This document shows positions 47,701 through 59,100 of a stretch of DNA of 64,000 nucleotides, one piece after another (positions within the stretch are counted from its first letter, which is position 1; each line of letters starts with the position of its first letter). The stretch covers positions 133,486,001 through 133,550,000 of the forward strand of contig OZ024744.1 in the NCBI GenBank assembly GCA_964016885.1, in the 5' to 3' direction. Under the pieces are notes generated by a model that saw nothing but the letters and a program-made list of their open reading frames with translations, was not told the origin of the DNA and made no database searches. A program made the position numbers and the translations under genes. This stretch comes from Eledone cirrhosa. Lineage: Eukaryota.

Positions 47701-50700
47701 GTTATGTTAAGTTGCGGTTAATTTAAGTTGGGGTTGAGTTAAGTTGGGGTTGAGTGAAGTTGGGGTTAAGTTAAGTTGGGGTTAATTTATGTTGGGGTTA
47801 AGTTAAGTCGGGGTTAAGTTAAGTTGGGGTTGAGTTAAGTTGGGGTTAATTTAAGTTGGGGCTAAGTTAATTTGTGGTTAAGTTAAGTTGGGGTTAAGTT
47901 AAGTTGGGGTTAAGTTAAGTTGGGGTTGAGTTAAGTTGGAGTTGAGTTAATTTAGGGTTAAGTTAAGTTGGGGTTAAGTTAAGTTGGGTTTAAGTTAAGT
48001 TGGGGTTAAATTAAGTTGGAGTTAAGTTAAGTTGGGGGTAAGTTAAGTTCGGGGCAAGTTAAGTTGGGGTTAAGTTAAGTTGGAGTTGAATTAAGTTAGG
48101 GTTAAGTTGAGTTGGTGTTAAGTTAAGTTGGGGTTTATTTAAGTTGGGGTTAGTTAAGTTGGGGTTAAGTTAAGTTGGGGTTAAGTTAAGTTGGGGTTAA
48201 TTTAAGTTGGGGTTTAGTTAAGTTGGGGTTAAGTTAAGTTGGGTTTATATTAAGTTGGGGTTAAGTTAAGTTGGGGTTCAGTTAAGTTGCGGTTAATTTA
48301 AGTTGGGGTTAAGTTAAGTTGCGGTTAAGTTAAGTTGGGGTTAAGTTAAGTTGGGGTTAAGTTAAGTTGGGGTTAAGTTAGATTGTGGTTAAGTTAAGTT
48401 GGGGTTAAGTTAAGTTGCGGTTAATTTAAGTTGGGGTTAAGTTAAGTTGGGGTTAAGTTAAGTTGGGGTTAAGTTAAGTTGGGGTTGAGTTAAGTTGGGG
48501 TTAAGTTAAGTTGGGGTTATGTTAAGTTGGGGTTAATTTAAGTTGCGGTTAAGTTAAGTTGGGGTTAAGTTAAGTTGGGGTTAAGTTAAATTGGGGTTAA
48601 GTTAAGTTGGGGTTAAGTTAAGTTGGGGTTAAGTTAAGTTGGGGTTAAGTTAGATTGTGCTTAAGTTAAGTTGGGGTTAAGTTAAGTTGGGGTTAAGTTA
48701 AGTTGGGGTTAATTGAAGGCGGGGTTAAGTTGAGTTGGGGTTAAGTTAAGTTGGGGTTAAGTTAAGTTGGGGTTAACTTAAGTTGGGGGTACTTAAGTTG
48801 GGTTTAAGTTAAGTGGGGTTAAGTTAAGTTGGGGTTAAGTTAAGTTGGGGTTAAGTTAAGTTGGGGTTAAGTTAGGTTGTGGTTAAGTTAAGTTGGGGGA
48901 AGTTAAGTTGGGGTTAATTTAAGTTGGGTCTAATTAAGTTGGGGTTAAGTTAAGTTGGGGTTAAGTTAAGTTGGGGTTGAGTTAATTTGGGGTTAACTTA
49001 AGTTGGGGGTACTTAAGTTGGGTTTAAGTTAAGTGGGGTTAAGTTAAGTTGGGGTTAAGTTAAGTTGGGGTTAAGTTAAGTTGGGGGTAAGTTAAGTTGG
49101 GGGTAAGTTAAGTTGGGGTTAATTTAAGTTGGGTCAAATTAAGTTGGGGTTATTTTAAGTTGGGGTTAAGTTAAGTTGGGGTTAAATTAAGTTGGGGTTA
49201 AGTTAAGTTGGGGTTAAATTAAGTTGGGGTTAAGTTAAGTTGGGGTTAAGTTAAGTTGGGGTTAAGTTAAGTTGGGGGTAAGTTAAGTTGGTGGTAAGTT
49301 AAGTTGGGGGTAAGTTAAGATGGGGTTAAGTTAAGTTGGGGTTAAATTAATTTGGGGTTAAGTTAGGGTTAAGTTAAGTTGGGTTGAGTTAAGTTGGGGT
49401 TAAATTAAGTTGGGGTTAAGTTAAGTTGGGGTTAAGTTAAGTTGGGGTTAAGTTAAGTTGGGGTTAAGTTAGGTTGTGGTTAAGTTAAGTTGGGGGTAAG
49501 TTAAGTTGGGGGTAAGTTAAGTTGGGGTTAATTTAAGTTGGGTCTAATTAAGTTGGGGTTAAGTTAAGTTGGGGTTAAGTTAAGTTGGGGTTAAATTAAG
49601 TTGGGGTTAAGTTAAGTTGAGGTTAAATTAAGTTGGGGTTAAGTTAAGTTGGGGTTAAGTTAAGTTGGGGTTAAGTTAAGTTGGGGTTAAATTAAGTTGG
49701 GGTTAAATTAAGTTGGGGTTAAGTTAAGTTGGGGGTAAGTTAAGTTGGGGGCAAGTTAAGTTGGGGTTAAGTTAAGTTGGGGTTAAATTAAGTTGGGGTT
49801 GAGTTAAGTTGGGGTTGAGTGAAGTTGGGGTTAAGTTAAGTTGGGGTTAATTTATGTTGGGGTTAAGTTAAGTCGGGGTTAAGTTAAGTTGGGGTTGAGT
49901 TAAGTTGGAGTTGAGTTAATTTAGGGTTAAGTTAAGTTGGGGTTAAGTTAAGTTGGGTTTAAGTTAAGTTGGGGTTAAATTAAGTTGGAGTTAAGTTAAG
50001 TTGGGGGTAAGTTAAGTTGTGGGCAAGTTAAGTTGGGGTTAAGTTAAGTTGGGGTTGAATTAAGTTAGGGTTAAGTTAAGTTGGTGTTAAGTTAAGTTGG
50101 GGTTTATTTAAGTTGGGGTTAATTAAAGTTGGGGTTAAGTTAAGTTGGGGTTAAGTTAAGTTGGGGTTAATTTAAGTTGGGGTTTAGTTAAGTTGGGGTT
50201 AAGTTAAGTTGGGTTTATATTAAGTTGGGGTTAAGTTAAGTTGGGGTTAAGTTAAGTTGGGGTTCAGTTAAGTTGCGGTTAATTTAAGTTGGGGTTAAGT
50301 TAAGTTGGGGTTAAGTTAAGTTGGGGTTAAGTTAAGTTGGGGTTAAGTTAAGTTGGTGTTAAGTTAAGTTGGGGCTAAGTTAAGTTGGGGCTGAGTTAAG
50401 TTGGGGCTGAGTTAAGTTGGGGTTAAGTTAAGTTGGGGTTGAGTTAAGTTGGGGTTAAGTTAAGTTGGGGTTAAGTTAAGTTGGGGTTAAGTTAAGTTGG
50501 GGTTTAGTTAAGTTGGGGTTCAGTTAAGTTGGGGTTAAGTTAAGTTTGGGTTAAGTTGGGGTTAAATTAATTTGGGGTTAAGTTAAGTTGGGGTTTAGTT
50601 AAGTTGGGGTTAAGTTAAGTTGGGGTTAATTTAAGTTGGGGTTAAGTTAAGTTGCGGGTGATTTAAGTTGGGGTTAAGTTAAGTTGGGGTTAAGTTAAGT

Positions 50701-53700
50701 TGGGGTTAAGTTAAGTTGGGGGAAAGTTAAGTTGGGGGTAAGTTAAGTTGGGGGTAAGTTAAGTTGGGGTTAAGTTAAGTTGGGGTTAAGTTAAGTTAGG
50801 GTTAAGTTAAGTTGGGGTTGAGTTAAGTTGGGGTTAAGTTAAGTTGGGGTTATGTTAAGTTGGGGTTAAGTTAAGTTGCGGTTAAGTTAAGTTGGGGTTA
50901 AGTTAAGTTGGGGTTAAGTTAAATTTGGGTTAAGTTAAGTTGGGGTTAAGTTAAGTTGGGGTTAAGTTAAGTTGGGTTTAAGTTAGATTGTGGTTAAGTT
51001 AAGTTGGGGTTAAGTTAAGTTGGTGGTAAGTTAAGTTGGGGGTAAGTTAAGGTGGGGTTAAGTTAAGTTGGGGTTAAGTTAATTTGGGGTTAAGTTATGG
51101 TTAAGTTAAGTTGGGGTTGAGTTAATTTGGGGTTAAGTTAAGTTGGGGTTATGTTAAGTTGGGGTTAAGTTAAGTTGGGGTTAAGTTGAGTTGGGGTTCA
51201 GTTAAGTTGCGGTTAATTTAAGTAGGGGTTAAGTTAAGTTGTGGTTAAGTTAAGTTGGGGTTAAGTTAAGTTGGGGTTAAGTTAAGTTGGGGTTGAGTTA
51301 AGTTGGAGTTGAGTTAATTTAGGGTTAAGTTAAGTTGGGGTTAAGTTAAGTTGGGTTTAAGTTAAGTTGGGGTTAAATTAAGTTGGAGTTAAGTTAAGTT
51401 GGGGGTAAGTTAAGTTGGGGGCTGAGTTAAGTTGGGGTTAAGTTAAGTTGGGGTTGAATTAAGTTAGGGTTAAGTTAAGTTGGTGTTAAGTTAAGTTGGG
51501 GTTTATTTAAGTTGGGGTTAATTAAGTTGGGGTTAAGTTAAGTTGGGGTTAAGTTAAGTTGGGGTTAATTTAAGTTGGGGTTTAGTTAAGTTGGGGTTAA
51601 GTTAAGTTGGGTTTATATTAAGTTGGGGTTAAGTTAAGTTGGGGTTAAGTTAAGTTGGGGTTCAGTTAAGTTGCGGTTAATTTAAGTTGGGGTTAAGTTA
51701 AGTTGGGGTTAAGTTAAGTTGGGGTTAAGTTAAGTTGGGGTTAAGTTAAGTTGGTGTTAAGTTAAGTTGGGGCTAAGTTAAGTTGGGGCTGAGTTAAGTT
51801 GGGGCTGAGTTAAGTTGGGGTTAAGTTAAGTTGGGGTTGAGTTAAGTTGGGGTTAAGTTAAGTTGGGGTTAAGTTAAGTTGGGGTTAAGTTAAGTTGGGG
51901 TTTAGTTAAGTTGGGGTTCAGTTAAGTTGGGGTTAAGTTAAGTTTGGGTTAAGTTGGGGTTAAATTAATTTGGGGTTAAGTTAAGTTGGGGTTTAGTTAA
52001 GTTGGGGTTAAGTTAAGTTGGGGGAAAGTTAAGTTGGGGGTAAGTTAAGTTGGGGGTAATTTAAGTTGGGGTTAAGTTAAGTTGGGGTTAAGTTAAGTTA
52101 GGGTTAAGTGAAGTTGGGGTTGAGTTAAGTTGGGGTTAAGTTAAGTTGGGGTTATGTTAAGTTGGGGTTAAGTTAAGTTGGGGTTAAGTTAAGTTGGGGT
52201 TTAGTTAAGTTGGGGTTAAGTTAAGTTGGGGGAAAGTTAAGTTGGGGGTAAGTTAAGTTGGGGTTAAGTTAAGTTGGGTTTAAGTTAGATTGTGGTTAAG
52301 TTAAGTTGGGGTTAAGTTAAGTTGGGGTTAAGTTAAGTTGGGGTTAAGTTAAGTTGGGGTTAAGTTGAGTTGGGGTTAAGTTAAGTTGGGGTTAAGTTAA
52401 GTTGGGGTTAACTTAAGTTGGGGGTACTTAAGTTGGGTTTAAGTTAAGTGGGGTTAAGTTAAGTTGGGGTTAAGTTAAGTTGGGGTTAAGTTAAGTTGGG
52501 GTTAAGTTAGGTTGTGGTTAAGTTAGGTTGGGGGTAAGTTAAGTTGGGGGTAAGTTAAGTTGGGGTTAATTTAAGTTGGGTCTAATTAAGTTGGGGTTAA
52601 GTTAAGTTGGGGTTAAGTTAAGTTGGGGTTGAGTTAATTTGGGGTTAACTTAAGTTGGGGGTACTTAAGTTGGGTTTAAGTTAAGTGGGGTTAAGTTAAG
52701 TTGGGGTTAAGTTAAGTTGGGGTTAAGTTAAGTTGGGGGTAAGTTAAGTTGGGGGTAAGTTAAGTTGGGGTTAATTTAAGTTGGGTCAAATTAAGTTGGG
52801 GTTAATTTCAGTTGGGGTTAAGTTAAGTTGGGGTTAAATTAAGTTGGGGTTAAGTTAAGTTGGGGTTAAATTAAGTTGGGGTTAAGTTAAGTTGGGGTTA
52901 AGTTAAGTTGGGGTTAAGTTAAGTTCGGGGTAAGTTAAGTTGGTGGTAAGTTAAGTTGGGGGTAAGTTAAGATGGGGTTAAGTTAAGTTGGGGTTAAGTT
53001 AATTTGGGGTTAAGTTAGGGTTAAGTTAAGTTGGGTTGAGTTAAGTTGGGGTTAAATTAAGTTGGGGTTAAGTTAAGTTGGGGTTAAGTTAAGTTGGGGT
53101 TAAGTTAAGATGGGGTTAAGTTAAGTTGGGGTTAAGTTGGGGTTAAGTTAAGTTAGGGTTAAGTTAAGTTGGGGTTAAGTTGAGTTGGGGTTAAGTTAAG
53201 TTGCGGTTAATTTAAGTTGGGGTTAAGTTAAGTTGGGGTTAAGTTAAGTTGGGGTTAAGTTAAGTTGGGGTTAAGTTAAGTTGGGGTTAATTTAAGTTGG
53301 GGTTAAGTTAAGTTGGGGTTAAGTTAAGTTGGGGTTAAGTTAAGTTGGGGTTAAGTTAAGTTGGGGTTAAGTTAAGTTGGGGTTAAGTTAAGATGGGGTT
53401 AAGTTAAGTTGGGGTTAAGTTGGGGTTAAGTTAAGTTAGGGTTAAGTTAAGTTGGGGTTGAGTTAAGTTGGGGTTAAGTTAAGTGGTGGTTATGTTAAGT
53501 TGGGGTTAAGTTAAGTTGGGGTTAATATAAATTGGGGTTAAGTTAACTTTGTGGTTAAGTTAAGTTGGGGTTAAGTTAAGTTGGGGTTAAGTTAAGTTGG
53601 GGTTGAGTTAAGTTGGGGATGAGTGAAGTTGGGGTTAAGTTAAGTTGGGGTTAAGTTAAGTTGGCGTTAAGTTAAGTTGGGGTTGAGTTAAGTTGGGGTT

Positions 53701-56199
53701 GAGTTAATTTAGGGTTAAGTTAAGTTGGGGTTAAGTTAAGTTGGGTTTAACTTAAGTTGGGGTTAAGTAAGTTGGGGTCAAGTTAAGTTGGGGTTAAGTT
53801 AAGTTGGGGTTAAGTCAAGTTGGGGTTAAGTTAAGTTAGGGTTAATTTAGTTGGGGCTAAGTTAAGTTGGGGCTAAGTTAAGTTGGGGCTAAGTTAAGTT
53901 GGGGTTAAGTTAAGTTGGGGTTAAGTTAAGGTGGGGTTAATTTAAGTTGGGGTCAACTTAAATTGGGGTTAAGTTAAGTTGGGGTTAAGTTAAGTTGGGG
54001 TTAAGTTAAGTTGGGGTTAAGTTAAGTTGGGGCTAAGTTAAGTTGGGGCTGAGTTAAGTTGGGGCTGAGTTAAGTTGGGGTTAAGTTAAGTTGGGGTTGA
54101 GTTAAGTTGGGGTTAAGTTAAGTTGGGGTTAAGTTAAGTTGGGGTTAAGTTAAGTTGGGGTTAAGTTAAGTTGGGGTTGAGTTAAGTTGGGGTTAAGTTA
54201 AGTTGGGGTTAAGTTAAGTTGGGGTTAAGATGGAGTTAAATTAAGTTGGGGTTAAGTTAAGTTGGGGTTAAGGTAAGTCGGGGTTAAGTTAAGTCGGGGT
54301 TACGTTAAGTTAGGGTTAAGTTAAGTTGGAGTTAAGTTAAGTTGGGGTTGAGTTAAGTTGGGGTTGAGTTAAATTGGGGTGGAGTTAAGTTGGTGTTGAG
54401 TTAAGTTGGTGTTGAGTTAAGTTGGGGTTAAGTTAAGTTGGGGTTAAGTTAAGTTGCAGTTAAGTTAAGTTGAGGTTTAGTTAAGTTGGGGCTAAGTTAA
54501 GTTGGGGCTAAGTTAAGTTGGGGCTAAGTTAAGTTGGGGTTCAGTTAAGTTGGTGTTAAGTTAAGTTTGGGTTCAAGTTGTGGTTAAGTTAAGTTGGGGG
54601 TAAGTTAAGTTGGGGGTAAGTTAAGTTGGGGTTAATTTAAGTTGGGTCTAATTAAGTTGGGGTTAAGTTAAGTTGGGGTTAAGTTAAGTTGGGGTTGAGT
54701 TAATTTGGGGTTAACTTAAGTTGGGGGTACTTAAGTTGGGTTTAAGTTAAGTGGGGTTAAGTTAAGTTGGGGTTAAGTTAAGTTGGGGTTAAGTTAAGTT
54801 GGGGGTAAGTTAAGTTGGGGGTAAGTTAAGTTGGGGTTAATTTAAGTTGGGTCAAATTAAGTTGGGGTTAAGTTAAGTTGGGGTTAAGTTAAGTTGGGGT
54901 TAAATTAAGTTGGGGTTAATTTAAGTTGGGGTTAAATTAAGTTGGGGTTAAGTTAAGTTGGGGTTAAGTTAAGTCGGGGTTAAGTTAAGTTGGGGGTAAG
55001 TTAAGTTGGTGGTAAGTTAAGTTGGGGGTAAGTTAAGTTGGGGTTGAGTTAAGTTGGGGTTAAGTTAAGTTGGGGTTAAGTTAAGTTGGGGTTCAGTTAA
55101 GTTGGGGTTAAGATGGGGTTAAATTAAGTTGGGGTTAAATTAAGTTGGGGTTAAGTTAAGTTGGGGTTAAGTTAAGTCGGGGTTAATTTAAGTTGGGGTT
55201 AAGTTAAGTTGGGGCTAAGTTAAGTTGGGGCTAAGTTAAGTTGGGGTTAAGTTAAGTTGGGGTTAAGTTAAGGTGGGGTTAATTTAATTTGGGGTCAACT
55301 TAAATTGGGGTTAAGTTAAGTTGGGGTTAAGTTAAGTTGGGGTTAAGTTAAGTTGGGGCTAAGTTAAGTTGGGGCTGAGTTAAGTTGGGGCTGAGTTAAG
55401 TTGGGGTTAAGTTAAGTTGGGGTTGAGTTAAGTTGGGGTTAAGTTAAGTTGGGGTTAAGTTAAGTTGAGGTTCAGTTAAGTTGGGGTTAAGTTAAGTTGG
55501 GGTTAAGATGGGGTTAAATTAAGTTGGCGTTAAGTTAAATTGGGGTTAAGGTAAGTCGGGGTTAAGTTAAGTCGGGGTTAAGTTAAGTTAGGGTTAAGTT
55601 AAGTTGGAGTTAAGTTAAGTTGGGGTTGAGTTAAGTTGGTGTTGAGTTAAGTTGGGGTTAAGTTAAGTTGGGGTTAAGTTAAGTTGCAGTTAAGTTAAGT
55701 TGAGGTTTAGTTAAGTTGGGGCTAAGTTAAGTTGGGGCTAAGTTAAGTTGGGGATAAGTTAAGTTGGGGTTCAGTTAAGTTGGTGTTAAGTTAAGTTTGG
55801 GTTAAGTTGTGGTTAAGTTAAGTTGGGGGTAAGTTAAGTTGGGGGTAAGTTAAGTTGGGGTTAATTTAAGTTGGGTCTAATTAAGTTGGGGTTAAGTTAA
55901 GTTGGGGTTAAGTTAAGTTGGGGTTAAGTTAAGTTGGGGGTACTTAAGTTGGGTTTAAGTTAAGTGGGGTTAAGTTAAGTTGGGGTTAAGTTAAGTTGGG
56001 GTTAAGTTAAGTTGGGGGTAAGTTAAGTTGGGGGTAAGTTAAGTTGGGTCAAATTAAGTTGGGGTTAAGTTAAGTTGGGGTTAAGTTAAGTTGGGGTTAA
56101 ATTAAGTTGGGGTTAAGTTAAGTTGGGGTTAAATTAAGTTGGGGTTAAGTTAAGTTGGGGTTAAATTAAGTTGGGGTTAAGTTAAGTTGGGGGTAAGTT

Positions 56200-59100
56200 G
56201 AGTTGGGGTTCAGTTAAGTTGCGGTTGATTTAAGTTGGGGTTAAGTTAAGTTGGGGTTAAGTTAAGTTGGGGTTAAGTTAAGTTGGGGTTAATTTAAGTT
56301 GGGGTTAAGTTAAGTTGGGGTTAAGTTAAGTTGGGGTTAAATTAAGTTGGGGTTAAGTTAAGTTGGGGTTAAATTAAGTTGGGGTTAAGTTAAGTTGGGG
56401 TTAAATTAAGTTGGGGTTAAGATAAGTTGGGGTTAAGTTAAATTGGGGTTGAGTTAAGTTGGGGTTGAGTTAATTTGGGGTTAACTTAAGTTGGGGGTAC
56501 TTAAGTAGGATTCAAGTTAAGTGGGGTTAAGTTAAGTTGGGGTTAAATTAAGTTGGGGTTAAGTTAAGTTGGGGTTAAGTTAGGTTGTGGTTAAGTTAAG
56601 TTGGGGGTAAGTTAAGTTGGGGGTAATTTAAGTTGGGGTTAATTAAAGTTGGGTCTAATTAAGTTGCGGTTAAGTTAAGTTGGGGTTAAGTTAAGTTGGG
56701 GTTAAATTAAGTTGGGGTTAAGTTAAGTTGAGGTTAAATTAAGTTGGGGTTAAGTTAAGTTGGGGTTAAGTTAAGTTGGGGTTAAGTTAAGTTGGGGTTA
56801 AATTAAGTTGGGGTTAAATAAAGTTGGGGTTAAGTTAAGTTGGGGGTAAGTTAAGTTGGGGGCAAGTTAAGTTGGGGTTAAGTTAAGTTGGGGTTAAATT
56901 AAGTTGGGGTTAAGTTAAGTTGGGGTTAAGTTAAGTGGTGGTTATGTTAAGTTGGGGTTAAGTTAAGTTGGGGTTGAGTTAAGTTGGGGTTGAGTGAAGT
57001 TGGGGTTAAGTTAAGTTGGGGTTAATTTATGTTGGGGTTAAGTTAAGTCGGGGTTAAGTTAAGTTGGGGTTAAGTTAAGTTGGGGTTAAGTTAAGTTGGG
57101 GTTGAGTTAAGTTGGGGTTGAGTTAATTTAGGGTTAAGTTAAGTTGGGGTTAAGTTAAGTTGGGTTTAAGTTAAGTTGGGGTTAAATTAAGTTGGGGTTA
57201 AGTTAAGTTGCGGGTAAGTTAAGTTGGTGTTAAGTTAAGTTGGGGTTAAGTTAAGTTGGGGTTGAATTAAGTTGGGGTTAAGTTAAGTTGGGGTTAAGTT
57301 AAGTTGGGGTTAATTTAAATTGGGGTTTAGTTAAGTTGGGGTTAAGTTAAGTTGGGTTTATATTAAGTTGGGGTTAAGTTAAGTTGGGGTTAAGTTAAGT
57401 TGGGGTTCAGTTAAGTTGCGGTTAATTTAAGTTGGTGTTAATTTAAGTTGGGGTTAAGTTAAGTTGGGGTTAAGTTAAGTTGGTGTTAAGTTAAGTTGGG
57501 GCTAAGTTAAGTTGGGGCTGAGTTAAGTTGGGGCTGAGTTAAGTTGGGGTTAAGTTAAGTTGGGGTTGAGTTAAGTTGGGGTTAAGTTAAGTTGGGGTTA
57601 AGTTAAGTTGGGGTTAAGTTAAGTTGGGGTTCAGTTAAGTTGGGGTTAATTTAAGTTTGGTTTAAGTTGGGGTTAAATTAATTTGGGGTTAAGTTAAGTT
57701 GGGGTTTAGTTAAGTTAGGGTTAAGTTAAGTTGGGGTTAATTTAAGTTGGGGTTAAGTTAAGTTGCGGGTGATTTAAGTTGGGGTTAAGTTAAGTTGGGG
57801 TTAAGTTAAGTTGGGGTTAAGTTAAGTTGGGGTTAAGTTAAGTTGGGGTTGAGTTAAGTTGGGGTTAAGTTAAGTTGGGGGTATGTTAAGTTGGGGTTAA
57901 GTTAAGTTGCGGTTAAGTTAAGTTGGGGTTAAGTTAAGTTGGGGTTAAGTTAAATTGGGGTTAAGTTAAGTTGGGGTTAAGTTAAGTTGGGGTTAAGTTA
58001 AGTTGGGGTTAAGTTAGATTGTGGTTAAGTTAAGTTGGGGTTAAGTTAAGGCGGGGTTAAGTTAAGGCGGGGTTAATTTAAGTTGGGGTTAAGTTAAGTT
58101 GGGGCTAAGTTAAGTTGGGGCTAAGTTAAGTTGGGGTTAAGTTAAGTTGGGGTTAAGTTAAGGTGGGGTTAATTTAAGTTGGGGTCAACTTAAATTGGGG
58201 TTAAGTTAAGTTGGGGTTAAGTTAAGTTGGGGTTAAGTTAAGTTGGGGCTAAGTTAAGTTGGGGCTGAGTTAAGTTGGGGCTGAGTTAAGTTGGGGTTAA
58301 GTTAAGTTGGGGTTGAGTTAAGTTGGGGTTAAGTTAAGTTGGGGTTAAGTTAAGTTGGGGTTCAGTTAAGTTGGGGTTAAGTTAAGTTGGGGTTAAGATG
58401 GGGTTAAATTAAGTTGGGGTTAAGTTAAGATGGGGTTAAGGTAAGTCGGGGTTAAGTTAAGTCGGGGTTAAGTTAAGTTAGGGTTAAGTTAAGTTGGGGT
58501 TAAGTTAAGTTGGGGCTAAGTTAAGTTGGGGCTGAGTTAAGTTGGGGCTGAGTTAAGTTGGGGCTAAGTTAAGTTGGGGCTGAGTTAAGTTGGGGCTGAG
58601 TTAAGTTGGGGTTGATTTAAGTTGGTGTTGAGTTAAGTTGGGGTTAAGTTAAGTTGGGGTTAAGTTAAGTTGCAGTTAAGTTAAGTTGAGGTTTAGTTAA
58701 GTTGGGGCTAAGTTAAGTTGGGGCTAAGTTAAGTTGGGGCTAAGTTAAGTTGGGGTTCAGTTAAGTTGGTGTTAAGTTAAGTTTGGGTTAAGTTGTGGTT
58801 AAGTTAAGTTGGGGGTAAGTTAAGTTGGGGGTAAGTTAAGTTGGGGTTAATTTAAGTTGGGTCTAATTAAGTTGGGGTTAAGTTAAGTTGGGGTTAAGTT
58901 AAGTTGGGGTTAAATTAAGTTGGGGGTACTTAAGTTGGGTTTAAGTTAAGTGGGGTTAAGTTAAGTTGGGGTTAAGTTAAGTTGGGGTTAAGTTAAGTTG
59001 GGGGTAAGTTAAGTTGGGGGTAAGTTAAGTTGGGGTTAATTTAAGTTGGGTCAAATTAAGTTGGGTTTAAGTTAAGTTGGGGTTAAGTTAAGTTGGGGTT

